A stretch of DNA of 64,000 bases from Eledone cirrhosa (lineage: Eukaryota). Under the pieces are notes generated by a model, which made no database searches, was not told the DNA's origin, and saw nothing but the letters and a program-made list of their open reading frames with translations. The translations under genes were made by a program, and so were the position numbers. The stretch lies in assembly GCA_964016885.1 (NCBI GenBank), contig OZ024752.1:29946001-30010000 (forward strand), read 5' to 3'. Shown piece by piece: positions 30,001 through 45,000 of this stretch (position 1 is its first letter; the number at the start of each line of letters is the position of its first letter).

Positions 30001-33000
30001 AGATTGGCAGAGATGGTAATATTGTAGATGTGGGATGTGTGGTCACAGTAATAGTTTGCCAGAGATGGTAATATGTAGATGTGGGATGTGTGGTCACTGT
30101 AATAGATTGGCAGAGATGGTAATGTTGTAGATGTGGGATGTGTGGTCACTGTAATAGGTTGCCAGAGTTGGTAATATTGTAGATGTGGGATGTGTGGTCA
30201 CTGTAATAGATTGCCAGAGATGTTAATATTGTAGATGTGGGATGTGTGGTCACTGTAATAGATTGGCTGAGATGGTAATGTTGTAGATGTGGGATGTGTG
30301 GCCACTGTAATAGATTGCCAGAGATGGTAATATTGTAGAGGTGGGATGTGTGGTCACTGTAATAGATTGGCAGAGATGGTAATATTGTAGATGTGGGATG
30401 TGAGGTCACTGTAATAGATTGCCAGAGATGGTAATATTGTAGATGTGGGATGTGTGGTCACTTTAATAGGTTGCCACAGATGGTAATATTGTAGATGTGG
30501 GAGGTGTGGTCACTGTAATAGATTGGCAGAGATGGTAATATTGTAGATGTGGGATGTGAGGTCACTGTAATAGATTGGCAGAGATGGTAATGTTGTAGAT
30601 GTGGGATGTGTGGTCACCGTAATAGATTGCCAGAGATGGTAATATTGTAGATGTGGGATGTGTTGTCACTGTAATAGGTTGCCAGAGATGGTAATATTGT
30701 AGATGTGGGATGTGTGGTCACTGTAATAGGTTGCCAGAGATGGTAATATTGTAGATGTGGGATGTGTGGTCACCGTAATAGATTGCCAGAGATGGTAATA
30801 TTGTAGATGTGGGATGTGTGGTCACTGTAATAGATTGGCAGAGATGGTAATGTTGTAGATGTGGGATGTGTGGTCACTTTAATAGGTTGCCAGAGATGGT
30901 AATATTGTAGATGTGGGATGTGTGGTCACCGTAATAGTTTGCCAGAGATGGTAATATTGTAGATGTGGGATGTGTGGTCACTGTAATAGATTGCCAGAGA
31001 TGGTAATATTGCAGATGAGGGATGTGTGGTCACTGTAATAGATTGGCAGAGATGGTAATATTGTAGATGTGGGATGTGTGGTCACTGTAATAGATTGCCA
31101 GAGATGGTAATGTTGTAGATGTGGGATGTGAGGTCACTGTAATAGATTGGCAGAGATGGTAATATTGTAGATGTGGGATGTGTGGTCACTGTAATAGATT
31201 GGCAGAGATGGTAATATTGTAGATGTGGGATGTGTGGTCACTGTAATAGATTGGCAGAGATGGTAATATTGTAGATGTGGGATGTGAGGTCACTGTAATA
31301 GATTGGCAGAGATGGTAATATTGTAGATGTGGGATGTGTGGTCACTGTAATAGATTGGCAGAGATGGTAATATTGTAGATGTGGGATGTGAGGTCACTGT
31401 AATAGATTGGCAGAGATGGTAATATTGCAGATGTGGGATGTGAGGTCACTGTAATAGGTTGCCAGAGATGGTAATATTGTAGATGTGGGATGTGTGGTCA
31501 CTGTAATAGATTGGCAGAGATGGTAATATTGTAGATGTGGGATGTGAGATCACTGTAATAGATTGGCAGAGATGGTAATGTTGTAGATGTGGGATGTGAG
31601 GTCACTGTAATAGATTGGCAGAGTTGGTAATATTGTAGATGTGGGATGTGTGGTCACTGTAATAGATTGGCAGAGATGGTAATATTGTAGATGTGGGATG
31701 TGTTGTCACCGTAATAGATTGCCAGAGATGGTAATATTGTAGATGTGGGATGTGAGGTCACTGTAATAGATTGGCAAAGATGGTAATATTGTAGATGTGG
31801 GATGTGTGGTCACTGTAATAGATTGGCAGAGATGGTAATATTGTAGATGTGGGATGTGAGGTCACTGTAATAGATTGGCAGAGATGGTAATATTGTAGAT
31901 GTGGGATGTGTGGTCACTGTAATAGATTGGCAGAGATGGTAATATTGTAGATGTGGGATGTGAGGTCACTGTAATAGATTGGCAGAGATGGTAATATTGT
32001 AGATGTGGGATGTGTGGTCACTGTAATAGATTGCCAGAGATGGTAATGTTGTAGATGTGGGGTGTGTGGTCACTGTAATAGATTGCCAGAGATGGTAATG
32101 TTGTAGATGTGGGATGTGAGGTCACTGTAATAGATTGGCAGAGATGGTAATATTGTAGATGTGGGATGTGTGGTCACTGTAATAGATTGGCAGAGATGGT
32201 AATATTGTAGATGTGGGATGTGTGGTCACTGTAATAGATTGGCAGAGATGGTAATATTGTAGATGTGGGATGTGTAGCCACTGTAATAGATTGCCAGAGA
32301 TGGTAATATTGTAGATGTGGGATGTGTGGTCACTGTAATAGATTGGCAGAGATGGTAATATTGTAGATGTGGGATGTGTGGTCACTGTAATAGATTGGCA
32401 GAGATGGTAATGTTGTAGATGTGGGATGTGTGGTCACTGTAATAGATTGGCAGAGATGGTAATATTGTAGATGTGGGATGTGTGGTCACTGTAATAGATT
32501 GCCAGAGATGGTAATGTTGTAGATGTGGGATGTGTGGTCACTGTAATAGATTGCCAGAGATGGTAATATTGTAGATGTGGGATGTGACGTCACTGTAATA
32601 GATTGCCAGAGATGGTAATGTTGTAGATGTGGGATGTGTGGTCACTGTAATAGATTGGCAGAGATGGTAATATTGTAGATGTGGGATGTGTGGTCACTGT
32701 AATAGATTGCCAGAGATGGTAATATTGTAGATGTGGGATGTGTGGTCACTGTAATAGATTGCCAGAGATGGTAATGTTGTAGATGTGGGATGTTTGGCCA
32801 CTGTAATAGATTGGCAGAGATGGTAATGTTGTAGATGTGGGGTGTGTGGTCACTGTAATAGATTGCCAGAGATGGTAATGTTGTAGATGTGGGATGTGAG
32901 GTCACTGTAATAGATTGGCAGAGATAGTAATATTGTAGATGTGGGATGTGTGGTCACTGTAATAGATTGCCAGAGATGGTAATGTTGTAGATGTGGGATG

Positions 33001-36000
33001 TGAGGTCACTGTAATAGATTGGCAGAGATGGTAATATTGTAGATGTGGGATGTGTGGTCACTGTAATAGATTGGCAGAGATGGTAATATTGTAGATGTGG
33101 GATGTGTGGTCACTGTAATAGATTGGCAGAGATGGTAATATTGTAGATGTGGGATGTGTAGCCACTGTAATAGATTGCCAGAGATGGTAATATTATAGAT
33201 GTGGGATGTGTGGTCACTGTAATAGATTGCCAGAGATGGTAATATTGTAGATGTGGGATGTGTAGCCACTGTAATAGATTGCCAGAGATGGTAATATTGT
33301 AGATGTGGGATGTGTGGTCACTGTAATAGATTGGCAGAGATGGTAATATTGTAGATGTGGGATGTGTGGTCACTGTAATAGATTGGCAGAGATGGTAATG
33401 TTGTAGATGTGGGGTGTGTGGTCACTGTAATAGATTGGCAGAGATGGTAATATTGTAGATGTGGGATGTGTGGTCACTGTAATAGATTGGCAGAGATGGT
33501 AATGTTGTAGATGTGGCATGTGAGGTCACTGTAATAGATTGCCAGAGATGGTAATGTTGTAGATGTGGGATGTGTGGTCACTTTAATAGATTGGCAGAGA
33601 TGGTAATATTGTAGATGTGGGATGTGTGGTCACTGTAATAGATTGGCAGAGATGGTAATGTTGTAGGTGTAGGATGTGTGGTCACTGTAATAGATTGCCA
33701 GAGATGGTAATGTTGTAGATGTGGGATGTGTGGTCACTGTAATAGATTGGCAGAGATGGTAATATTGTAGATGTGGTATGTGTGGTCACTGTAATAGATT
33801 GGCAGAGATGGTAATATTGTAGATGTGGGATGTGTGGTCACTGTAATAGATTGGCAGAGATGGTAATGTTGTAGATGTAGGATGTGAGGTCACTGTAATA
33901 GGTTGCCAGAGATGGTAATATTGTAGATGTGGGATGTGTGGTCACTGTAATAGATTGGCAGAGATGGTAATATTGTAGATGTGGGATGTGTGGTCACTGT
34001 AATAGATTGCCAGAGATGGTAATGTTGTAGATGTGGGATGTGTGGTCACTGTAATTGATTGCCAGAGATGGTAATGTTGTAGATGTGGGATGTGTGGCCA
34101 CTGTAATAGATTGCCAGAGATGGTAATATTGTAGATGTGGGATGTGTGGTCACTGTAATAGATTGCCAGAGATGGTAATGTTGTAGATGTGGGATGTGTG
34201 GTCACTGTAATAGATTGCCAGAGATGGTAATATTGTAGATGTGGGATGTGTGGTCACTGTAATAGATTGCCAGAGATGGTAATATTGTAGATGTGGGATG
34301 TGTGGTCACTGTAATAGATTGCCAGAGATGGTAATGTTGTAGATGTGGGATGTGTGGTCACTGTAATAGATTGCCAGAGATGGTAATATTGTAGATGTGG
34401 GATGTGTGGTCACCGTAATAGATTGGCAGAGATGGTAATATTGTAGATGTGGGATGTGTGGTCACCGTAAAAGATTGGCAGAGATGGTAATGTTGTAGAT
34501 GTGGGATGTGTGGTCACTGTAGTAGATTGGCAGAGATGGTAATATTGTAGATGTGGGATGTGTGGTCACAGTAATAGTTTGCCAGAGATGGTAATATGTA
34601 GATGTGGGATGTGTGGTCACTGTAATAGATTGGCAGAGATGGTAATGTTGTAGATGTGGGATGTGTGGTCACTGTAATAGGTTGCCAGAGTTGGTAATAT
34701 TGTAGATGTGGGATGTGTGGTCACTGTAATAGATTGCCAGAGATGTTAATATTGTAGATGTGGGATGTGTGGTCACTGTAATAGATTGGCTGAGATGGTA
34801 ATGTTGTAGATGTGGGATGTGTGGCCACTGTAATAGATTGCCAGAGATGGTAATATTGTAGAGGTGGGATGTGTGGTCACTGTAATAGATTGGCAGAGAT
34901 GGTAATATTGTAGATGTGGGATGTGAGGTCACTGTAATAGATTGCCAGAGATGGTAATATTGTAGATGTGGGATGTGTGGTCACTTTAATAGGTTGCCAC
35001 AGATGGTAATATTGTAGATGTGGGAGGTGTGGTCACTGTAATAGATTGGCAGAGATGGTAATATTGTAGATGTGGGATGTGAGGTCACTGTAATAGATTG
35101 GCAGAGATGGTAATGTTGTAGATGTGGGATGTGTGGTCACTGTAATAGATTGCCAGAGATGGTAATATTGTAGATGTGGGATGTGTTGTCACTGTAATAG
35201 GTTGCCAGAGATGGTAATATTGTAGATGTGGGATGTGTGGTCACTGTAATAGGTTGCCAGAGATGGTAATATTGTAGATGTGGGATGTGTGGTCACCGTA
35301 ATAGATTGCCAGAGATGGTAATATTGTATATGTGGGATGTGTGGTCACTGTAATAGATTGGCAGAGATGGTAATGTTGTAGGTGTGGGATGTGTGGTCAC
35401 TTTAATAGGTTGCCAGAGATGGTAATATTGTAGATGTGGGATGTGTGGTCACCGTAATAGTTTGCCAGAGATGGTAATATAGTAGATGTGGGATGTGTGG
35501 TCACTGTAATAGATTGCCAGAGATGGTAATATTGCAGATGAGGGATGTGTGGTCACTGTAATAGATTGGCAGAGATGGTAATATTGTAGATGTGGGATGT
35601 GTGGTCACTGTAATAGATTGCCAGAGATGGTAATGTTGTAGATGTGGGATGTGAGGTCACTGTAATAGATTGGCAGAGATGGTAATATTGTAGATGTGGG
35701 ATGTGTGGTCACTGTAATAGATTGGCAGAGATGGTAATATTGTAGATGTGGGATGTGTGGTCACTGTAATAGATTGGCAGAGATGGTAATATTGTAGATG
35801 TGGGATGTGAGGTCACTGTAATAGATTGGCAGAGATGGTAATATTGTAGATGTGGGATGTGAGGTCACTGTAATAGATTGGCAGAGATGGTAATATTGCA
35901 GATGTGGGATGTGAGGTCACTGTAATAGGTTGCCAGAGATGGTAATATTGTAGATGTGGGATGTGTGGTCACTGTAATAGATTGGCAGAGATGGTAATAT

Positions 36001-39000
36001 TGTAGATGTGGGATGTGAGATCACTGTAATAGATTGGCAGAGATGGTAATGTTGTAGATGTGGGATGTGAGGTCACTGTAATAGATTGGCAGAGTTGGTA
36101 ATATTGTAGATGTGGGATGTGTGGTCACTGTAATAGATTGGCAGAGATGGTAATATTGTAGATGTGGGATGTGTGGTCACTGTAATAGATTGGCAGAGAT
36201 GGTAATATTGTAGATGTGGGATGTGAGGTCACTGTAATAGATTGGCAGAGATGGTAATATTGTAGATGTGGGATGTGTGGTCACTGTAATAGATTGGCAG
36301 AGATGGTAATATTGTAGATGTGGGATGTGAGGTCACTGTAATAGATTGGCAGAGATGGTAATATTGTAGATGTGGGATGTGTGGTCACTGTAATAGATTG
36401 CCAGAGATGGTAATGTTGTAGATGTGGGATGTGAGGTCACTGTAATAGATTGGCAGAGATGGTAATATTGTAGATGTGGGATGTGTGGTCACTGTAATAG
36501 ATTGGCAGAGATGGTAATATTGTAGATGTGGGATGTGTGGTCACTGTAATAGATTGGAAGAGATGGTAATATTGTAGATGTGGGATGTGAGGTCACTGTA
36601 ATAGATTGGCAGAGATGGTAATATTGTAGATGTGGGATGTGTAGCCACTGTAATAGATTGCCAGAGATGGTAATATTGTAGATGTGGGATGTGTGGTCAC
36701 TGTAATAGATTGGCAGAGATGGTAATATTGTAGATGTGGGATGTGTGGTCACTGTAATAGATTGCTAGAGATGGCAATGTTGTAGATGTGGGATGTGTGG
36801 TCACTGTAATAGATTGGCAGAGATGGTAATGTTGTAGATGTGGGGTGTGTGGTCACTGTAATAGATTGGCAGAGATGGTAATATTGTAGATGTGGGATGT
36901 GTGGTCACTGTAATAGATTGGCAGAGATGGTAATATTGTAGATGTGGGATGTGAGGTCACTGTAATAGATTGGCAGAGATGGTAATATTGTAGATGTGGG
37001 ATGTGAGGTCACTGTAATAGATTGGCAGAGATGGTAATATTGCAGATGTGGGATGTGAGGTCACTGTAATAGGTTGCCAGAGATGGTAATATTGTAGATG
37101 TGGGATGTGTGGTCACTGTAATAGATTGGCAGAGATGGTAATATTGTAGATGTGGGATGTGATATCACTGTAATAGATTGGCAGAGATGGTAATGTTGTA
37201 GATGTGGGATGTGAGGTCACTGTAATAGATTGGCAGAGTTGGTAATATTGTAGATGTGGGATGTGTGGTCACTGTAATAGATTGGCAGAGATGGTAATAT
37301 TGTAGATGTGGGATGTGTGGTCACTGTAATAGATTGGCAGAGATGGTAATATTGTAGATGTGGGATGTGAGGTCACTGTAATAGATTGGCAGAGATGGTA
37401 ATATTGTAGATGTGGGATGTGTGGTCACTGTAATAGATTGGCAGAGATGGTAATATTGTAGATGTGGGATGTGAGGTCACTGTAATAGATTGGCAGAGAT
37501 GGTAATATTGTAGATGTGGGATGTGTGGTCACTGTAATAGATTGCCAGAGATGGTAATGTTGTAGATGTGGGATGTGAGGTCACTGTAATAGATTGGCAG
37601 AGATGGTAATATTGTAGATGTGGGATGTGTGGTCACTGTAATAGATTGGCAGAGATGGTAATATTGTAGATGTGGGATGTGTGGTCACTGTAATAGATTG
37701 GAAGAGATGGTAATATTGTAGATGTGGGATGTGAGGTCACTGTAATAGATTGGCAGAGATGGTAATATTGTAGATGTGGGATGTGTAGCCACTGTAATAG
37801 ATTGCCAGAGATGGTAATATTGTAGATGTGGGATGTGTGGTCACTGTAATAGATTGGCAGAGATGGTAATATTGTAGATGTGGGATGTGTGGTCACTGTA
37901 ATAGATTGCTAGAGATGGCAATGTTGTAGATGTGGGATGTGTGGTCACTGTAATAGATTGGCAGAGATGGTAATGTTGTAGATGTGGGGTGTGTGGTCAC
38001 TGTAATAGATTGGCAGAGATGGTAATATTGTAGATGTGGGATGTGTGGTCACTGTAATAGATTGGCAGAGATGGTAATGTTGTAGATGTGGCATGTGAGG
38101 TCACTGTAATAGATTGCCAGAGATGGTAATGTTGTAGATGTGGGATGTGTGGTCACTTTAATAGATTGGCAGAGATGGTAATATTGTAGATGTGGGATGT
38201 GTGGTCACTGTAATAGATTGGCAGAGATGGTAATGTTGTAGGTGTAGGATGTGTGGTCACTGTAATAGATTGCCAGAGATGGTAATGTTGTAGATGTGGG
38301 ATGTGTGGTCACTGTAATAGATTGGCAGAGATGGTAATATTGTAGATGTGGTATGTGTGGTCACTGTAATAGATTGGCAGAGATGGTAATATTGTAGATG
38401 TGGGATGTGTGGTCACTGTAATAGATTGGCAGAGATGGTAATGTTGTAGATGTAGGATGTGAGGTCACTGTAATAGGTTGCCAGAGATGGTAATATTGTA
38501 GATGTGGGATGTGTGGTCACTGTAATAGATTGGCAGAGATGGTAATATTGTAGATGTGCGATGTGTGGTCACTGTAATAGATTGCCAGAGATGGTAATGT
38601 TGTAGATGTGGGATGTGTGGTCACTGTAATAGATTGCCAGAGATGGTAATGTTGTAGATGTGGGATGTGTGGCCACTGTAATAGATTGCCAGAGATGGTA
38701 ATATTGTAGATGTGGGATGTGTGGTCACTGTAATAGATTGCCAGAGATGGTAATGTTGTAGATGTGGGATGTGTGGTCACTGTAATAGATTGCCAGAGAT
38801 GGTAATATTGTAGATGTGGGATGTGTGGTCACTGTAATAGATTGCCAGAGATGGTAATATTGTAGATGTGGGATGTGTGGTCACTGTAATAGATTGCCAG
38901 AGATGGTAATGTTGTAGATGTGGGATGTGTGGTCACTGTAATAGATTGCCAGAGATGGTAATATTGTAGATGTGGGATGTGTGGTCACCGTAATAGATTG

Positions 39001-42000
39001 TCAGAGATGGTAATATTGTAGATGTGGGATGTGTGGTCACCGTAAAAGATTGGCAGAGATGGTAATGTTGTAGATGTGGGATGTGTGGTCACTGTAATAG
39101 ATTGGCAGAGATGGTAATATTGTAGATGTGGGATGTGTGGTCACAGTAATAGTTTGCCAGAGATGGTAATATGTAGATGTGGGATGTGTGGTCACTGTAA
39201 TAGATTGGCAGAGATGGTAATGTTGTAGATGTGGGATGTGTGGTCACTGTAATAGGTTGCCAGAGTTGGTAATATTGTAGATGTGGGATGTGTGGTCACT
39301 GTAATAGATTGCCAGAGATGTTAATATTGTAGATGTGGGATGTGTGGTCACTGTAATAGATTGCCAGAGATGGTAATATTGTAGAGGTGGGATGTGTGGT
39401 CACTGTAATAGATTGGCAGAGATGGTAATATTGTAGATGTGGGATGTGAGGTCACTGTAATAGATTGCCAGAGATGGTAATATTGTAGATGTGGGATGTG
39501 TGGTCACTTTAATAGGTTGCCAGAGATGGTAATATTGTAGATGTGGGAGGTGTGGTCACTGTAATAGATTGGCACAGATGGTAATATTGTAGATGTGGGA
39601 GGTGTGGTCACTGTAATAGATTGGCAGAGATGGTAATATTGTAGATGTGGGACGTGAGGTCACCGTAATAGATTGGCAGAGATGGTAATGTTGTAGATGT
39701 GGGATGTGTGGTCACCGTAATAGATTGCCAGAGATGGTAATATTGTAGATGTGGGATGTGTTGTCACTGTAATAGGTTGCCAGAGATGGTAATATTGTAG
39801 ATGTGGGATGTGTGGTCACTGTAATAGGTTGCCAGAGATGGTAATATTGTAGATGTGGGATGTGTGGTCACCGTAATAGATTGCCAGAGATGGTAATATT
39901 GTAGATGTGGGATGTGTTGTCACTGTAATAGGTTGCCAGAGATGGTAATATTGTAGATGTGGGATGTGTGGTCACTGTAATAGGTTGCCAGAGATGGTAA
40001 TATTGTAGATGTGGGATGTGTGGTCACCGTAATAGATTGCCAGAGATGGTAATATTGTAGATGTGGGATGTGTGGTCACTGTAATAGATTGGCAGAGATG
40101 GTAATGTTGTAGATGTGGGATGTGTGGTCACTTTAATAGGTTGCCAGAGATGGTAATATTGTAGATGTGGGATGTGTGGTCACCGTAATAGTTTGCCAGA
40201 GATGGTAATATTGTAGATGTGGGATGTGTGGTCACTGTAATAGATTGCCAGAGATGGTAATATTGTAGATGTGGGATGTGTGGTCACTTTAATAGGTTGC
40301 CAGAGATGGTAATATTGTAGATGTGGGATGTGTGGTCGCTGTAATAGATTGGCAGAGATGGTAATATTGTAGATGTGGGATGTGAGGTCTCTGTAATAGA
40401 TTGGCAGAGATGGTAATGTTGTAGATGTGGGATGTGTGGTCACTGTAATAGATTGCGAGAGATGGTAATATTGTAGATGTGGGATGTGTGGTCACCGTAA
40501 TAGATTGTCAGAGATGGTAATGTTGTAGATGTGGGATGTGTGGTCACTGTAATAGATTGCCAGAGATGGTACTATTGTAGATGTGGGATGTGTGGTCACT
40601 TTAATAGGTTGCCAGAGATGGTAATATTGTAGATGTGGGATGTGTGGTCACTGTAATAGGTTGCCAGAGATGGTAATATTGTAGATGTGGGATGTGTGGT
40701 CACTGTAATAGATTGCCAGAGATGGTAATATTCTAGATGTGGGATGTGTGGTCACTGTAATAGATTGGCAGAGATGGTAATGTTGTAGATGTGGGATGTG
40801 TGGTCACTTTAATAGGTTGCCAGAGATGGTAATATTGTAGATGTGGGATGTGTGGTCACCGTAATAGTTTGCCAGAGATGGTAATATTGTAGATGTGGGA
40901 TGTGTGGTCACTGTAATAGATTGGCAGAGATGGTAATATTGTAGATGTGGGATGTGTGGTCACTGTAATAGATTGCCAGAGATGGTAATATTGTAGAGGT
41001 GGGATGTGTGGTCACTGTAATAGATTGGCAGAGATGGTAATATTGTAGATGTGGGATGTGAGGTCACTGTAATAGATTGGCAGAGATGGTAATGTTGTAG
41101 ATGTGGGATGTGTGGTCACCGTAATAGATTGCCAGAGATGGTAATATTGTAGATGTGGGATGTGTTGTCACTGTAATAGGTTGCCAGAGATGGTAATATT
41201 GTAGATGTGGGATGTGTGGTCACTGTAATAGGTTGCCAGAGATGGTAATATTGTAGATGTGGGATGTGTGGTCACCGTAATAGATTGCCAGAGATGGTAA
41301 TATTGTAGATGTGGGATGTGTGGTCACTGTAATAGATTGGCAGAGATGGTAATGTTGTAGATGTGGGATGTGTGGTCACTTTAATAGGTTGCCAGAGATG
41401 GTAATATTGTAGATGTGGGATGTGTGGTCACCGTAATAGTTTGCCAGAGATGGTAATATTGTAGATGTGGGATGTGTGCTCACTGTAATAGATTGCCAGA
41501 GATGGTAATATTGTAGATGTGGGATGTGTGGTCACTTTAATAGGTTGCCAGAGATGGTAATATTGTAGATGTGGGATGTGTGGTCGCTGTAATAGATTGG
41601 CAGAGATGGTAATATTGTAGATGTGGGATGTGAGGTCTCTGTAATAGATTGGCAGAGATGGTAATGTTGTAGATGTGGGATGTGTGGTCACTGTAATAGA
41701 TTGCGAGAGATGGTAATATTGTAGATGTGGGATGTGTGGTCACCGTAATAGATTGTCAGAGATGGTAATGTTGTAGATGTGGGATGTGTGGTCACTGTAA
41801 TAGATTGCCAGAGATGGTACTATTGTAGATGTGGGATGTGTGGTCACTTTAATAGGTTGCCAGAGATGGTAATATTGTAGATGTGGGATGTGTGGTCACT
41901 GTAATAGGTTGCCAGAGATGGTAATATTGTAGATGTGGGATGTGTGGTCACTGTAATAGATTGCCAGAGATGGTAATATTGTAGATGTGGGATGTGTGGT

Positions 42001-45000
42001 CACTGTAATAGATTGGCAGAGATGGTAATGTTGTAGATGTGGGATGTGTGGTCACTTTAATAGGTTGCCAGAGATGGTAATATTGTAGATGTGGGATGTG
42101 TGGTCACCGTAATAGTTTGCCAGAGATGGTAATATTGTAGATGTGGGATGTGTGGTCACTGTAATAGATTGGCAGAGATGGTAATATTGTAGATGTGGGA
42201 TGTGTGGTCACTGTAATAGATTGCCAGAGATGGTAATATTGTAGAGGTGGGATGTGTGGTCACTGTAATAGATTGGCAGAGATGGTAATATTGTAGATGT
42301 GGGATGTGAGGTCACTGTAATAGATTGGCAGAGATGGTAATGTTGTAGATGTGGGATGTGTGGTCACCGTAATAGATTGCCAGAGATGGTAATATTGTAG
42401 ATGTGGGATGTGTTGTCACTGTAATAGGTTGCCAGAGATGGTAATATTGTAGATGTGGGATGTGTGGTCACTGTAATAGGTTGCCAGAGATGGTAATATT
42501 GTAGATGTGGGATGTGTGGTCACTGTAATAGATTGGCAGAGATGGTAATATTGTAGATGTGGGATGTGAGGTCACTGTAATAGATTGGCAGAGATGGTAA
42601 TATTGTAGATGTGGGATGTGTGGTCACTGTAATAGATTGCCAGAGATGGTAATGTTGTAGATGTGGGATGTGAGGTCACTGTAATAGATTGGCAGAGATG
42701 GTAATATTGTAGATGTGGGATGTGTGGTCACTGTAATAGATTGGCAGAGATGGTAATATTGTAGATGTGGGATGTGTGGTCACTGTAATAGATTGGAAGA
42801 GATGGTAATATTGTAGATGTGGGATGTGAGGTCACTGTAATAGATTGGCAGAGATGGTAATATTGTAGATGTGGGATGTGTAGCCACTGTAATAGATTGC
42901 CAGAGATGGTAATATTGTAGATGTGGGATGTGTGGTCACTGTAATAGATTGGCAGAGATGGTAATATTGTAGATGTGGGATGTGTGGTCACTGTAATAGA
43001 TTGCTAGAGATGGCAATGTTGTAGATGTGGGATGTGTGGTCACTGTAATAGATTGGCAGAGATGGTAATGTTGTAGATGTGGGGTGTGTGGTCACTGTAA
43101 TAGATTGGCAGAGATGGTAATATTGTAGATGTGGGATGTGTGGTCACTGTAATAGATTGGCAGAGATGGTAATGTTGTAGATGTGGCATGTGAGGTCACT
43201 GTAATAGATTGCCAGAGATGGTAATGTTGTAGATGTGGGATGTGTGGTCACTTTAATAGATTGGCAGAGATGGTAATATTGTAGATGTGGGATGTGTGGT
43301 CACTGTAATAGATTGGCAGAGATGGTAATATTGTAGATGTGGGATGTGAGGTCACTGTAATAGATTGGCAGAGATGGTAATATTGTAGATGTGGGATGTG
43401 AGGTCACTGTAATAGATTGGCAGAGATGGTAATATTGCAGATGTGGGATGTGAGGTCACTGTAATAGGTTGCCAGAGATGGTAATATTGTAGATGTGGGA
43501 TGTGTGGTCACTGTAATAGATTGGCAGAGATGGTAATATTGTAGATGTGGGATGTGAGATCACTGTAATAGATTGGCAGAGATGGTAATGTTGTAGATGT
43601 GGGATGTGAGGTCACTGTAATAGATTGGCAGAGTTGGTAATATTGTAGATGTGGGATGTGTGGTCACTGTAATAGATTGGCAGAGATGGTAATATTGTAG
43701 ATGTGGGATGTGTGGTCACTGTAATAGATTGGCAGAGATGGTAATATTGTAGATGTGGGATGTGAGGTCACTGTAATAGATTGGCAGAGATGGTAATATT
43801 GTAGATGTGGGATGTGTGGTCACTGTAATAGATTGGCAGAGATGGTAATATTGTAGATGTGGGATGTGTGGTCACTGTAATAGATTGCCAGAGATGGTAA
43901 TGTTGTAGATGTGGGATGTGAGGTCACTGTAATAGATTGGCAGAGATGGTAATATTGTAGATGTGGGATGTGTGGTCACTGTAATAGATTGGCAGAGATG
44001 GTAATATTGTAGATGTGGGATGTGTGGTCACTGTAATAGATTGGAAGAGATGGTAATATTGTAGATGTGGGATGTGAGGTCACTGTAATAGATTGGCAGA
44101 GATGGTAATATTGTAGATGTGGGATGTGTAGCCACTGTAATAGATTGCCAGAGATGGTAATATTGTAGATGTGGGATGTGTGGTCACTGTAATAGATTGG
44201 CAGAGATGGTAATATTGTAGATGTGGGATGTGTGGTCACTGTAATAGATTGCTAGAGATGGCAATGTTGTAGATGTGGGATGTGTGGTCACTGTAATAGA
44301 TTGGCAGAGATGGTAATGTTGTAGATGTGGGGTGTGTGGTCACTGTAATAGATTGGCAGAGATGGTAATATTGTAGATGTGGGATGTGTGGTCACTGTAA
44401 TAGATTGGCAGAGATGGTAATGTTGTAGATGTGGCATGTGAGGTCACTGTAATAGATTGCCAGAGATGGTAATGTTGTAGATGTGGGATGTGTGGTCACT
44501 TTAATAGATTGGCAGAGATGGTAATATTGTAGATGTGGGATGTGTGGTCACTGTAATAGATTGGCAGAGATGGTAATGTTGTAGGTGTAGGATGTGTGGT
44601 CACTGTAATAGATTGCCAGAGATGGTAATGTTGTAGATGTGGGATGTGTGGTCACTGTAATAGATTGGCAGAGATGGTAATATTGTAGATGTGGTATGTG
44701 TGGTCACTGTAATAGATTGGCAGAGATGGTAATATTGTAGATGTGGGATGTGTGGTCACTGTAATAGATTGGCAGAGATGGTAATGTTGTAGATGTAGGA
44801 TGTGAGGTCACTGTAATAGGTTGCCAGAGATGGTAATATTGTAGATGTGGGATGTGTGGTCACTGTAATAGATTGGCAGAGATGGTAATATTGTAGATGT
44901 GCGATGTGTGGTCACTGTAATAGATTGCCAGAGATGGTAATGTTGTAGATGTGGGATGTGTGGTCACTGTAATAGATTGCCAGAGATGGTAATGTTGTAG

